NCBI GenBank assembly: GCA_963837955.1
Contig: CAWIPH010000002.1
Coordinates: forward strand, 3,584,001 to 3,648,000
Direction of reading: 5' to 3'
Origin: an uncultured Verrucomicrobiae bacterium
GTDB taxonomy: Bacteria > Verrucomicrobiota > Verrucomicrobiia > Chthoniobacterales > JAFAMB01
DNA length: 64,000 nucleotides
Every line of letters begins with the position of its first letter. Within the stretch, counting starts at the first letter, position 1. The position numbers and the translations under genes were made by a program. The notes under the pieces are model-generated. The model saw nothing but the letters and a program-made list of their open reading frames with translations. It was not told the origin of the DNA and searched no databases. This document shows positions 1 through 9,857 of the stretch, piece by piece.

Positions 1-979
1 CACGGAAAACGATGTCAAAGAAGCCGCCCGTGCTTTTACCGGCTATCGAACAGACGGGCAGACACAGGAATTTCGTTTTGTTGCGAACCAGTTTGATTCC
101 TCTGCCAAAACTTTCATAGGGAGAACCGGCCCGTGGCGCGGCGATGAAATTATCGATATTATCCTCGCCCAACCGCAGTGCGCAAAATTCATCGCAGCCA
201 AGCTCTGGCGCTTCTTCACTTACGAGGATCCTGAGCCGGCGCTAATCGAGGCCTTGGCCAATAGATTTCGGGACGCTCGCTATGAGGTCCGGCCGCTGCT
301 AAAAACCATTTTTGCTTCAGAAGAATTTTATAGCGCCCGAGCACGGAATCCAGTCGTTAAATCACCGGTCCAATACATCGTTCAGGCGCGCAGGACGATC
401 GGCGTCTCAGCTCCAATGGGGGCGCCTTTGACTCTTATTTACCGGCAACTCGGTCAGCTCCCGTTTTACCCACCTAACGTAAAGGGGTGGGACGGCGGCA
501 AAAGCTGGATTAATACGACTACACTCGCGTACCGTTACGAGTTAGCCCGAGAGCTTGTATATGGAGTGCGCCCGGAACAGGTCGGCCTGCCGAAAGCGCC
601 TTCCAAGCCGTCCCCTAGCCCTACGGTGATGGCGAAGCAAATTCCCGTCTCCGCCCAAAAGCCTGCCAGTAGTAGTTCACCGACCAATTCACCAATCCCC
701 AAATCCACGGCTGCGGTGATTCCACCACCCGCTCCGACGCCCCCTTTTCAGTTAACCGGCGCTTTCCCGGTCGGCAGAATTCTTACTGCGGATGATCGGC
801 GTGACTCACGGCGCGCGCTCCAAAAATTGTGTCAGTACATTTTTCAGACCAATCCAAAACCGGAGTTCTTGGAGAAATTTGTTCAGATCGCCAATTCGAA
901 ACCACATCCACTCGATGATAACTCAATCCGAGATTTGGTAGTCTTGATGATGAGCACCCCTAACTACCAGGTATGTTAG
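1..979 (+). CDS. DUF1800 family protein (5'-truncated by the window edge)
   Basis: The frame is open from base 2 (TENDVKEAARAFTGY...) into ORF 254..979. It has the DUF1800-type motifs DVKEAARAFTG, KSPVQY, LGQLPFYPPNVKGWDGG..WI and C-terminal STPNYQVC. Confidence 0.85.
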   Translation, partial: TENDVKEAARAFTGYRTDGQTQEFRFVANQFDSSAKTFIGRTGPWRGDEIIDIILAQPQCAKFIAAKLWRFFTYEDPEPALIEALANRFRDARYEVRPLLKTIFASEEFYSARARNPVVKSPVQYIVQARRTIGVSAPMGAPLTLIYRQLGQLPFYPPNVKGWDGGKSWINTTTLAYRYELARELVYGVRPEQVGLPKAPSKPSPSPTVMAKQIPVSAQKPASSSSPTNSPIPKSTAAVIPPPAPTPPFQLTGAFPVGRILTADDRRDSRRALQKLCQYIFQTNPKPEFLEKFVQIANSKPHPLDDNSIRDLVVLMMSTPNYQVC

Positions 980-1163
980 CTAATTTTCGCAAGCGGTTGT
1001 AGTAGTCGTGAGCGCCAATGGGGCCAGCGCGTTGGAGCAGCACTCAGTTGCGCCCTGTCGACTTGCCTCAGTCGCCTGATTCAGAACCGACTCCCAGTTT
1101 CTATTTCGCGGAGCTGATTGAGACATCGCGCTTGTGCAAATCAGAGTGAATCGGCGCGGTCGC

Positions 1164-2477
1164 TTACTGACCAGCTGCTCCAAAAAAATGGGCGATTTCT
1201 TCCCACTCGATCGCGGTTTGCCGGCCCTGATCAAATTCCTGGATCATCCAATCGAAGGCTCTCCTGACTCGTGGATCGTCTTTGGCAAAACGGTCCTGCA
1301 GGCGCTGATGCGCTGCGAAAATGAGTCCGGCCAGACCAGAATCTTTAGTAAGTGACACCTCCAAGGGGCGGCCGAGTAATCGAGGCACGTCAAACGGCGC
1401 ATACATCCACCAGAATTTGTTGAGCCCGTCGGCGTGAATTCCGGCTCGCGTCCGGTGTGCATCCCGTCCGTAAAGCGGCGCCTTTTCCGGAATAGGTTGA
1501 CCAAGAGAAGTGTACAGCTCAGCTAGCTCGTTCAATGCCGTAAAATCCGGCTGTACTTCCGCGAAAAATCCCATGCCGATCAAATGCATCAGCACCAGCT
1601 CCAACGGCGCGTTGCCGGTCCTCTCTCCTTTACCCAAACAGGTCCCGTTGATCACTCCACAGCCATTTCGTATCGCGGCCAGACAATTAGCGGTAATTAA
1701 GCCCGTATCATTGTGAGGGTGGAACTCGAGATCGGCAGGCTCCAATCCTGCTTTGATTAATTCCTGAAAAAGTTTCGGTATACCTCGCGGAAGCGGAACG
1801 TCCTGATCGGGTAAGCCGAGCCCAAGGGTATCGCATAAGCGAAACTTGGGTCTAACGCTTTCCGGAAAACCGACGGATTTCTTCCGCACGGCGTCGACGA
1901 AGTAAAGGATAAAGTCGATTGAGGCGCGCGTTGCATCTTCAAGGTGCAGGCGCGGACGGATCCCGGTATCCAATACCATCTGCACCGCATCCAGATAGAG
2001 CGACGCCGCCTGGTTTCGTCCTCCCGGACTAAATTTATGAAATACGTGATAGTCAGAAATCGAAGCGAGAAGCCCCGATTCGCGTACGCCAAGGGACTGG
2101 ATCAGCCTTACGTCTTTGGTCGACGCCCGAATCCAGGTCGTTGGCTCTATCGGGTGACCACCCCGAAACATTTCTTGCACTTGCCGTAGCGCGTCCAGGT
2201 CGGAGCGGCGATAAACAAAAAACTCCGCTTGGCGAATGGCACCCGAATCCCGCGTGAATTGGCACAGGATTTCGTAGATTCGGATGCTCTGCTCCGTGGT
2301 AAGCGGCAATCCCCCCTGCTGCCCATCACGATGGGTAGTTTCTGTCACCCAAACTTGGGTCGGTAACCCTGGCGGGCGCGTCTGCCAGCTGTACTGAGGA
2401 AAAGTCTCCTTCGGAAACTGTTGTTCAAAATATTCGGGTCCCTGGTTGATCACCGGTGCCGAGGGTATCGCTGACAT
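1164..2477 (-). CDS. DRE-TIM metallolyase, Re-citrate synthase-like (LeuA/HMGL family)
   Basis: Motifs VWVTETTHRDGQQ, TWIRA, PRLHLEDATRA, CDTLGLG, HPHNDTG, GERTGNAPLE and TRAGIHADGL. The RDGQQ and RAGIHADGL pattern is that of clostridial/Syntrophus Re-citrate synthases. Confidence 0.75.
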   Translation of the reverse strand: MSAIPSAPVINQGPEYFEQQFPKETFPQYSWQTRPPGLPTQVWVTETTHRDGQQGGLPLTTEQSIRIYEILCQFTRDSGAIRQAEFFVYRRSDLDALRQVQEMFRGGHPIEPTTWIRASTKDVRLIQSLGVRESGLLASISDYHVFHKFSPGGRNQAASLYLDAVQMVLDTGIRPRLHLEDATRASIDFILYFVDAVRKKSVGFPESVRPKFRLCDTLGLGLPDQDVPLPRGIPKLFQELIKAGLEPADLEFHPHNDTGLITANCLAAIRNGCGVINGTCLGKGERTGNAPLELVLMHLIGMGFFAEVQPDFTALNELAELYTSLGQPIPEKAPLYGRDAHRTRAGIHADGLNKFWWMYAPFDVPRLLGRPLEVSLTKDSGLAGLIFAAHQRLQDRFAKDDPRVRRAFDWMIQEFDQGRQTAIEWEEIAHFFGAAGQ

Positions 2478-2513
2478 AAACCAGCGAAGTTCAGTCTCGC
2501 CTTGTCGTCAATG

Positions 2514-2529
2514 TTGATTCATAAATCAA
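2514..2529. promoter_or_regulatory. Palindromic operator candidate TTGATT-N4-AATCAA in the divergent promoter region
   Basis: Perfect 6-bp inverted repeat in the 70-bp gap between two divergent genes, one of which has an HTH domain. Confidence 0.55.
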
Positions 2530-2547
2530 TCTATCTTCCACTCCCCC

Positions 2548-3747
2548 ATGAAGATTCACTTAACCGCCGCTGAGGCAGCCGATTTTCTGAACGTCAGCAA
2601 AGCGACCCTTTACGCGTACGTCAGTCGCGGGCTCGTTCGATCAGAATATGGCGCCGATCAGCGTTCGCGTGTTTATCATCGCCTGGACCTCGAGAGATTA
2701 AAGCAGCGCAAAAGAATCAGGCAGGAACCCTCAGAGGAGATGTCGAGCGCTTTGCACTGGGGTAGTCCTCTGCTGGATTCCGGCCTCACGTTGATCACGG
2801 ACGGCCAAATGTTTTATCGCGGCAAAGAAGCAACCGCCTTGGCGTCCTCCCAAACTTTCCTGGAAGTCGCGACCTGGTTCTGGACTGGTAATAAGGGAGT
2901 ACCCAAGAGCAGCCGTCCGATGCACGCTCCAAAAGAAAAGCATAGAGAACCAATTCTTTCTTATCATGAAGGACTATTGCGAGCCGCGCTGACCGAACCT
3001 CTTGGGTATGATTTTTCGCCACCGAACCTGGTCGAAAATGGAATACACATCCTCTCCCTCTTTCTTCAAATATTAACCCGAAAGCCGAATCCCAGTGTGA
3101 GCCAAACGGCTCGCGAGCTGCGGAAAGCGTGGTGTCCTGGCAAGGCCTACGCCGAAAGAGTAATTGATGCGGCGCTTATTCTCTCGATCGATCACGAGCT
3201 GAACGTTTCATCTTTCACCGCTCGGGTCGTTTGTTCGGCGGGCACTAGCATCTACGAAGTCGTCAGCGCGGCGTTGTGCGCATTGCGGGGCAGCCGCCAC
3301 GGCGGCGCAATCGAGCGAGCGAGCAAATTACTAGTCGAGATGCAAGGGTCGTCCTCCGTTCGCGGGTTCCTCCTCCAGCGCATCCGAGCCGGTATCGAGA
3401 TACCGGGATTCGGGCATCCTCTTTATCCGGATGGAGATCCGCGAGCCGCCAAGCTGTTCGATTTACTTAATCAATACTTCGCGACCGACGCACGACCCTG
3501 GCTGGAGATAGTTACGAGCGCAGCCAAAGTACTGAAACGAAAACCAAATATTGATCTCGCTCTAGCAGCCTGCTCATTGAGCCTCCGTCTTCCACCGCAT
3601 GCGGCTTTTGCTCTTTTTGCTCTTGGAAGAACTGCCGGTTGGATTGCCCACGCCGCTGAGCAAACGCAAAGCGGAAAGCTCATTCGTCCGCGAGCACGCT
3701 ACAGCGGTCCGCTACCGGTAGACGAAAAGAACATCGATCTCCTCTAG
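2548..3747 (+). CDS. Helix-turn-helix (excisionase/MerR-like) - citrate synthase family fusion protein
   Basis: N-terminal LTAAEAADFLNVSKATLYAYVSRG HTH, followed by citrate synthase motifs DHELNVSSF, HGGA, GFGHPLY..GDPRA, PNID and RTAGWIAH. Confidence 0.88.
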   Translation: MKIHLTAAEAADFLNVSKATLYAYVSRGLVRSEYGADQRSRVYHRLDLERLKQRKRIRQEPSEEMSSALHWGSPLLDSGLTLITDGQMFYRGKEATALASSQTFLEVATWFWTGNKGVPKSSRPMHAPKEKHREPILSYHEGLLRAALTEPLGYDFSPPNLVENGIHILSLFLQILTRKPNPSVSQTARELRKAWCPGKAYAERVIDAALILSIDHELNVSSFTARVVCSAGTSIYEVVSAALCALRGSRHGGAIERASKLLVEMQGSSSVRGFLLQRIRAGIEIPGFGHPLYPDGDPRAAKLFDLLNQYFATDARPWLEIVTSAAKVLKRKPNIDLALAACSLSLRLPPHAAFALFALGRTAGWIAHAAEQTQSGKLIRPRARYSGPLPVDEKNIDLL

Positions 3748-3779
3748 GTGACCATCACCACCCGAATCGAAAGTAACTG

Positions 3780-4346
3780 TCAGAAGATCCAAGGGATCAT
3801 ACGTTTTGTCCGCGCCGCGTACTGTCGGTAATCCTCCCCAAAATTATTCATTAACACAGATTCCTCGACCGAAATGCGAATCGAGTAAGCCGTCAGGCAG
3901 CAAGCAACGATCACAACAAACCCGAGCCAGTTGAACGTCAGGCAGGCGATCCCGACCATCGCCAGCATCGCACCTGAATAAGAGGGGTGCCGGACTAAGC
4001 AATATGGGCCATCCTGAATAATTCGGTGGTCCTCCTGAATGCTGACATCCACGGTAAAGAACTTCCCCAAGTGGCGGATCGCCCACAATCTAAAGGCCAA
4101 GCCGGTAAGAATGAGCAGGTCGGCCAGAATAGCAATCCACAGCTTCTCCGGCCAGCGCAGAAAAGTGACTCTACGGGCCACGAAGAACCCAAATAAACAG
4201 CTGCCGACGATAAGAATCCAAACCCAGGAGAGGGTTCCCCGATCAGCGCTTTTTACTGATTGACGACCACGTCGTATCGCCAGCAAATAGAGCTCAAACG
4301 CCAAATAGGCAAAGCCAATAATCTTAGTGATCCAGGAGAAAATCAT
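3780..4346 (-). CDS. Isoprenylcysteine carboxyl methyltransferase (ICMT/PEMT) family membrane protein
   Basis: Hydrophobic protein with GPY..VRHPSYSG, RI.VEE and FGEDY..Y motifs. Start placed at ATG 4346. Confidence 0.85.
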   Translation of the reverse strand: MIFSWITKIIGFAYLAFELYLLAIRRGRQSVKSADRGTLSWVWILIVGSCLFGFFVARRVTFLRWPEKLWIAILADLLILTGLAFRLWAIRHLGKFFTVDVSIQEDHRIIQDGPYCLVRHPSYSGAMLAMVGIACLTFNWLGFVVIVACCLTAYSIRISVEESVLMNNFGEDYRQYAARTKRMIPWIF

Positions 4347-4469
4347 TGCGTTAGCAGACCTAGGGCCAAAACCTAACTCCCCAGCTCGTCGTGTGGCGAT
4401 TTCTTTTCGTGTATTTCCCCCAATCGATGTGTTTTCCACTGCCGGTCTGGCCGTTTCACCAACGCGATC

Positions 4470-4512
4470 TTCCAGATTCTAGATTCCAAATTCTAGATTC
4501 TAGGTCTCAGAT
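4470..4512. repeat. Degenerate heptamer tandem repeat (TAGATTC-like)
   Basis: ccagattctagattccaaattctagattctaggtctcagat. Similar 7-mer runs occur near 50691-50723. Confidence 0.5.
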
Positions 4513-4532
4513 ACTGCATTATAGTTCCTCTC

Positions 4533-7500
4533 TTGATGAATTCGATCGCTCCCCTTCAATCCGAAATCGAGCAGCGCGGACGCCAGATTTTTGCGCTCAT
4601 TGACAAGTTTCAGGGCAATTCTGCCGTCTTTCGCCGGAACGATTTCTATGGCCGGCTGATGGAGTGGTCGATGAAGGACGAAGCATTCAAGACGCAGATG
4701 TTCCGATTCGTCGACGTACTCCCCACCCTGACTTCGTCAACCGATGTAGTGAGGCACTTGGCAGAGTACCTGAAGGACTCGAAGACCTCGGTTTCGGGCC
4801 TCTTGCGCGGGGCGCTCACGGTTGGTCGCATCGCACCGGCCATCCCGGCAGCGGTCATCAAAAGCAACGTCACTGCGATGGCGAATATTTTCATCACCGG
4901 GACGGATGGGAAAACGGCGTTTCCAAACCTTCAGCAAATCTGGAAAGAGCGCGCCCGATTCACCGTGGATATTCTGGGCGAAGCCGTGGTTAGTGATCGG
5001 GAAGCAGACGAGTACGCCGGGCGCTACCGAGCCCTTCTCGATTTTCTGGCGGAGGCAACTCGTCATTGGAAGGCGGAAGAGCCGCTGGCCGCCACTGAGC
5101 CTCCTTTGGTGAACGTATCGGTAAAAATATCCGCTCTCTGCGCGCGCGTCCAAGCTACCGATCCCGCCCAAAGCATTCAAACAATTCTGCAACGGCTCCG
5201 GCCCATAGTCTCGCGGGCCCGCGAACTCGGCGCGTTTATCAACCTGGACATGGAACACTACGGCCTTAAGCAGTTGACCCTTGATCTCTTTAAACAGCTC
5301 GAAGAAGAATTTTCCGGGTATTCGCAGCTTGGGTTGGTGATTCAAGCGTATCTCCGAGATTCTTCAGCAGACGCCGAAGCATTGTTGGAATGGAGTCGAA
5401 GAACTGGACGTCGATTTACTGTCCGACTGGTAAAAGGAGCTTATTGGGATTTTGAAAAAGTGATTGCGGCTCAGCGGACCTGGAAAGTTCCCGTCTACCT
5501 GGCGAAATCCGAGACCGACGCGAACTACGAGAAGGTCACTCGGTTGCTTCTGGAGAATCAGGAAACGGTTTATCCGGCATTTGCTTCCCACAACGTCCGC
5601 AGCATTGCGCACGCGATGGTGTACGCGGAAAAGCTGGGTTTGCGGCCGGGCGATTACGAGTTTCAGATGTTATACGGCATGGCCACACCGATCCGGCGCG
5701 CTCTGGTTGAGCTTGGACATCGCGTTCGCGAATATTGTCCTATCGGCGAACTGGTCCCGGGTATGGCTTATCTCGTGCGGCGGCTTTTGGAGAACACTTC
5801 CAACGAAGGCTTTCTCCGAGCTAAATTCAGCGCGAACACGTCGATTACAAAACTACTGGAGGATCCGGCCGCTATCGTTGCAGAAGAACCGGAACGTACG
5901 GAACCGGCGTTTGTTCAACCGAGATTTGTCAATGAGCCTCCGCTTGATTTCGCGCTTGAAGCCGCCCGGAATAAGATGAGCGAGGCGATCGCAAAAGTGC
6001 GCCAGCAGTTGGGTCGATACTATCCGCTAATGATTGGGGGAAGGCCGGTGAAAACGGAAGGATCACTCAATTCCGTCAATCCTGCGCTCCCCAATCAAAT
6101 CGTAGGTTCGGTCGGGGCGGGCGGCAAGGAAGAGGTGGTGGCAGCAGTGCAGGCCGCCCGGACTGCGTTCCCGCGTTGGAGCCGGCTCTCTATGGAAGAA
6201 CGAGCCAACTTTCTGGATCGCGTCGCGGACCGCCTGCAGCAACGTCGACACGAACTCGCCGCCTGGCAGGTTTTTGAAGTTGGCAAAACTTGGATTGAGG
6301 CCGACGGCGATGTGATCGAAGCGATCGATTTCTGTCGTTTCTATGCGGAAGAAGCTCGCCGGCTAGGTCGAGGCCGGTTAACTCAGGATGTGGCCGGCGA
6401 AGTGAGCCTGGAGAGCTACATCCCCCGTGGGGTGAGCGCAATTATCGCCCCGTGGAACTTTCCTCTCGCCATCCTTTGTGGAATGACTGCTGCCGCGCTC
6501 GTTACGGGAAATACGGTCGTGATTAAGCCGGCTGAACAGTCGTCCGTTATCGGTGCGCTATTCATGGAGGTTCTGCAAGAGTCAGGTCTGCCGGACGGCG
6601 TCGCGAATCTATTGACCGGCACTGGAGAGGAGGTGGGCTCTTATCTCGTCGCCCATCCTGATATCGATCTCATCGCTTTCACCGGGTCGCGAGAAGTGGG
6701 AACGATGATTTGGCAAATCGCCGGTGTCACTCATCAGGGTCAACGCAACTTAAGGAAAGTGATTTGTGAAATGGGCGGAAAGAACGCGATGATCATCGAC
6801 AGTGATGCCGACCTCGATGAAGCAGTGCTTGGAATCGTTCATTCTGCCTTTGGTTTTCAGGGCCAAAAGTGTTCTGCTCTCTCCCGTTTGATTCCCGTCG
6901 GTAAAGCGACGGAGCGACTTTTGCCTAGGTTGGTTGAGGCCGCCGCAGCCCTGAGAATTGGCCTGCCGGAGGAACCAGGCACCGACATCGGTCCGGTAAT
7001 CGATGCAGCGGCCAAAAACAAGATCGAAACCTATCTGGCGCTCGGACGAAAAGAGCACCGGATCGCCTTTGAAGCGAAGCTTCCAGCAGATCTGTCAGGC
7101 TATTTTGTTCCGCCGACTATATTTACTCAGGTTCCGGTGGGTGCCCGACTGGCCCAGGAAGAGATTTTTGGACCAGTGCTTGCCGTGACCCCGGCACGCG
7201 ATTTAGACGAGGCCTTGGAATTCGCAAATTCTACCGAGTTTGCTCTAACCGGTGGGCTTTACTCCCGCAGTCCGCAAAATATCGAAAAGGTTCGTAGGTC
7301 TTTCAACGTAGGCAACCTTTACATCAATCGAGGCATAACCGGCGCTATTGTTGGTCGCCACCCTTTTGGCGGATTTCTGATGTCCGGCGGAGGTACGAAG
7401 GCCGGTGGACGCGATTACCTACTTCAATTCACTTTCCCGCGAGTGGTCACGGAAAACACCTTGCGCCGCGGCTTTGCTCCAGAAACCGATCTGGCAACTC

Positions 7501-7547
7501 AGACGGATGGAGCTGTGGGAAGTCGGAAGCTGGAGGTTCCCGCCTAG
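4533..7547 (+). CDS. putA: Bifunctional proline dehydrogenase / delta-1-pyrroline-5-carboxylate dehydrogenase (PutA without RHH domain)
   Basis: PRODH motifs VRLVKGAYWD, FASHN, EFQMLYGM and YLVRRLLEN. ALDH motifs PWNFP, EMGGKN, GQKCSA and EEIFGP. Confidence 0.95.
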   Translation: MMNSIAPLQSEIEQRGRQIFALIDKFQGNSAVFRRNDFYGRLMEWSMKDEAFKTQMFRFVDVLPTLTSSTDVVRHLAEYLKDSKTSVSGLLRGALTVGRIAPAIPAAVIKSNVTAMANIFITGTDGKTAFPNLQQIWKERARFTVDILGEAVVSDREADEYAGRYRALLDFLAEATRHWKAEEPLAATEPPLVNVSVKISALCARVQATDPAQSIQTILQRLRPIVSRARELGAFINLDMEHYGLKQLTLDLFKQLEEEFSGYSQLGLVIQAYLRDSSADAEALLEWSRRTGRRFTVRLVKGAYWDFEKVIAAQRTWKVPVYLAKSETDANYEKVTRLLLENQETVYPAFASHNVRSIAHAMVYAEKLGLRPGDYEFQMLYGMATPIRRALVELGHRVREYCPIGELVPGMAYLVRRLLENTSNEGFLRAKFSANTSITKLLEDPAAIVAEEPERTEPAFVQPRFVNEPPLDFALEAARNKMSEAIAKVRQQLGRYYPLMIGGRPVKTEGSLNSVNPALPNQIVGSVGAGGKEEVVAAVQAARTAFPRWSRLSMEERANFLDRVADRLQQRRHELAAWQVFEVGKTWIEADGDVIEAIDFCRFYAEEARRLGRGRLTQDVAGEVSLESYIPRGVSAIIAPWNFPLAILCGMTAAALVTGNTVVIKPAEQSSVIGALFMEVLQESGLPDGVANLLTGTGEEVGSYLVAHPDIDLIAFTGSREVGTMIWQIAGVTHQGQRNLRKVICEMGGKNAMIIDSDADLDEAVLGIVHSAFGFQGQKCSALSRLIPVGKATERLLPRLVEAAAALRIGLPEEPGTDIGPVIDAAAKNKIETYLALGRKEHRIAFEAKLPADLSGYFVPPTIFTQVPVGARLAQEEIFGPVLAVTPARDLDEALEFANSTEFALTGGLYSRSPQNIEKVRRSFNVGNLYINRGITGAIVGRHPFGGFLMSGGGTKAGGRDYLLQFTFPRVVTENTLRRGFAPETDLATQTDGAVGSRKLEVPA

Positions 7548-7574
7548 AGGCTGGCTATTCGGGGTTGGTTCAAG

Positions 7575-7982
7575 ATGGTTTACATGCGCAGTCGAGCATT
7601 TACCTCTACCTTGAGTTCGTTGCTGATACTGTTTGGTAGTTCATCGGTTATGGCCGATGTCTGCGACGACTATAGTCGTCTGGTCGATCAGCATATCGCC
7701 GCGGTTCGTTCGATCGGTCAGCAGGCGGAGGCTGCCAATGACGCGAAGAGTGCTGCTGACGTGATCCGACAATGTCAGGAAGAGAAGACGAATTGGCAAA
7801 GAGCGTTGGCGCCAATCAATCGCGAGCTCTCACAGCGATACCGCTCAAACATAGAGCCTGATCGGTGCCAGGATACGGATGAAAGGGCCTCCGCGTTTTT
7901 TCGAGAAGAGATCCTGGTTGATGCCAAAGTTGCGCAGCTAGCGGCCAAATACGGAACCCAGGAGTTGGGAGCTAATAAATAG
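7575..7982 (+). CDS. Hypothetical exported helical protein
   Basis: 135-aa ORF with a signal-peptide-like N-terminus, directly downstream of putA. Confidence 0.55.
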   Translation: MVYMRSRAFTSTLSSLLILFGSSSVMADVCDDYSRLVDQHIAAVRSIGQQAEAANDAKSAADVIRQCQEEKTNWQRALAPINRELSQRYRSNIEPDRCQDTDERASAFFREEILVDAKVAQLAAKYGTQELGANK

Positions 7983-8093
7983 CCATTAGCAAAGATCGAG
8001 ATGGCAAGGGCTCAGAGTCCGGAGCTTTGACGTGTCGTCCTACCACGCGTGGCTTAGCCAGACGAATGACCTTGCCGGTCTCGAACGGTATGC

Positions 8094-8711
8094 CTATTTG
8101 CCAGACGATATTTTATAGTCGCTCAACCGCGCGATCCCTCTTTCGGGGTACCGAAACAGCCAAAGCAGATGACCGGCCAGCGCAAGCTTCGCCAGGATAA
8201 ATCCACACGCGAGAACAAACAAAAGGCCCGGATCCAGTTCCGTTGCTCCAGCCTGATTGGCCCTAACCGCCTCGTAAATGAAAATAGCGTCGGCGACAAA
8301 TTTTACTGCGCCCAGAAGGTAAATTCTGGACACGATCATATCCAATGTCTGTTCGCGCCGTTCCGGGGCCATCCAGTAGTCACGATTGGGAATCTGTACA
8401 AAAGTTTCCGGTCTGGTTCTTACTAGCCGGATCGATATGAGCGCAGCGACGGCGATAGCGGCGGGAATAGCCCCTGAAATCAGGACGAAAATCCACTTGG
8501 GTCCCTCCGCCGCGAAATGCGTCCAGGAAGGAAAATGGGCGTGTACTCGTTCCGGCAATCGATGGTAAGCCCAGAATAACTCAACAAAACAGGTCGCGAG
8601 CGTCAGGATAAAAAGCAACGCGGCGAAGCGAGTCAACCGGCGGTGGACCTTCGGACTTTCATCCTGCACCAGAGTGTTTAGCAGCATGTGAGGGGGGAAC
8701 ACATAGTGCAC
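8094..8711 (-). CDS. DUF1648-like membrane protein
   Basis: LPERVHAHF motif, IPNRDYW and four hydrophobic segments. Start uncertain. Confidence 0.65.
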   Translation of the reverse strand: MHYVFPPHMLLNTLVQDESPKVHRRLTRFAALLFILTLATCFVELFWAYHRLPERVHAHFPSWTHFAAEGPKWIFVLISGAIPAAIAVAALISIRLVRTRPETFVQIPNRDYWMAPERREQTLDMIVSRIYLLGAVKFVADAIFIYEAVRANQAGATELDPGLLFVLACGFILAKLALAGHLLWLFRYPERGIARLSDYKISSGK

Positions 8712-9820
8712 TACATACTCTGCGTTCGTCGCTGCTTATTGCCCAGAGCGTTTCTTACCAGCAACAGTTCGCTGACATTTTCCGGAGTGAAAAGACCGAT
8801 CAGCCGGCCGGTATTGTCCACGACTGGAAGAGCCGGCGCGCCCGACTTTTGGACCAGTGCCAACGCGCTGTCGAAATTGGTGTTGGGCAAAACTGCAGGT
8901 AATCCGGTCGTCATGACATCGGTCACCGGTGTCTCTGGCCCGGAACGTCGCAAAGCCATTATGAGATTATTTTTTGTCAACAAGCCGGCGAATCCGCCAT
9001 TATCGTCGAGCACTGGGAACTCATGTTGTGACGTCCCCAGCAGCATGTCTATCGCTTCGTTTAACGTCGCTTTTTGATCTAGCGTGTCAAAGCGTGTGAC
9101 CATGGCACTCGAAACCGGCAAACCGGCTGTCATATATCGCATTTGGACGATGGCGGATTCGTTTTCCGCCCCCATATAGATAAAAATGGCAATCAGGATC
9201 AGCGGTATATAGCCCTTGAAGACAGCAATAACGCCCAACGTAAGAGCCAACCCCTGGCCGATTGTTGCGGCGATCTGGGTCGCTCGGATGTACTGCATTC
9301 GGGTAGCGAGCAAAGCCCGTAACACTCTGCCTCCGTCGAGTGGAAAGGCTGGGATCAGATTGAAAAAGAACATCAATACGTTGATCCAAACCAAATACCA
9401 AATTGGATCCATACTTTTTCGGTCAAAAACCGATTCAAGTGTGAGGTTGCCGGTACCAGCAAGAACCAAGATTAAGGCCACAGCGATCACGACGTTCACC
9501 AGAGGGCCGGCTAAAGCTACCACCAATTCCTGCCATGGTTTCTCCGGCATCCGCTCGAGCCGGGCCAAACCACCTAGCGGATGCAATGTAATGTCGACTG
9601 TTGCGATCCCGTAGGCTTTTGCGGCAAAGGCGTGACCCAACTCGTGCAGCAACACGCAAACAAAAACGGAGACCCAGATCAGCACCGCATTCAAGGCACC
9701 GTTGCGATCTCCGGTAGAAGAATAGATAAAGAGAAATCCTACTAGGAGCAGAATGAATGTTCCGACGTGAACTCGAATATCAATCCCGGCAATTCGTGCG
9801 ACCTTAAAGGACCATCTCAT
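8711..9820 (-). CDS. Site-2 protease (M50) with C-terminal CBS pair
   Basis: HELGH zinc motif, AGPLVN, NLIPAFPLDGGR and two CBS repeats. Confidence 0.92.
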   Translation of the reverse strand: MRWSFKVARIAGIDIRVHVGTFILLLVGFLFIYSSTGDRNGALNAVLIWVSVFVCVLLHELGHAFAAKAYGIATVDITLHPLGGLARLERMPEKPWQELVVALAGPLVNVVIAVALILVLAGTGNLTLESVFDRKSMDPIWYLVWINVLMFFFNLIPAFPLDGGRVLRALLATRMQYIRATQIAATIGQGLALTLGVIAVFKGYIPLILIAIFIYMGAENESAIVQMRYMTAGLPVSSAMVTRFDTLDQKATLNEAIDMLLGTSQHEFPVLDDNGGFAGLLTKNNLIMALRRSGPETPVTDVMTTGLPAVLPNTNFDSALALVQKSGAPALPVVDNTGRLIGLFTPENVSELLLVRNALGNKQRRTQSM

Positions 9821-9857
9821 CGGATTTTTGGTTAAATGCTATCGCTAATGTGCACCA

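Noticed and set aside
980..1126. 48-aa minus-strand ORF ending ECCSNALAPLALTTTTTACEN as a RiPP precursor
   Set aside because: No SD, and no modification enzyme, protease or transporter nearby. Likely chance.
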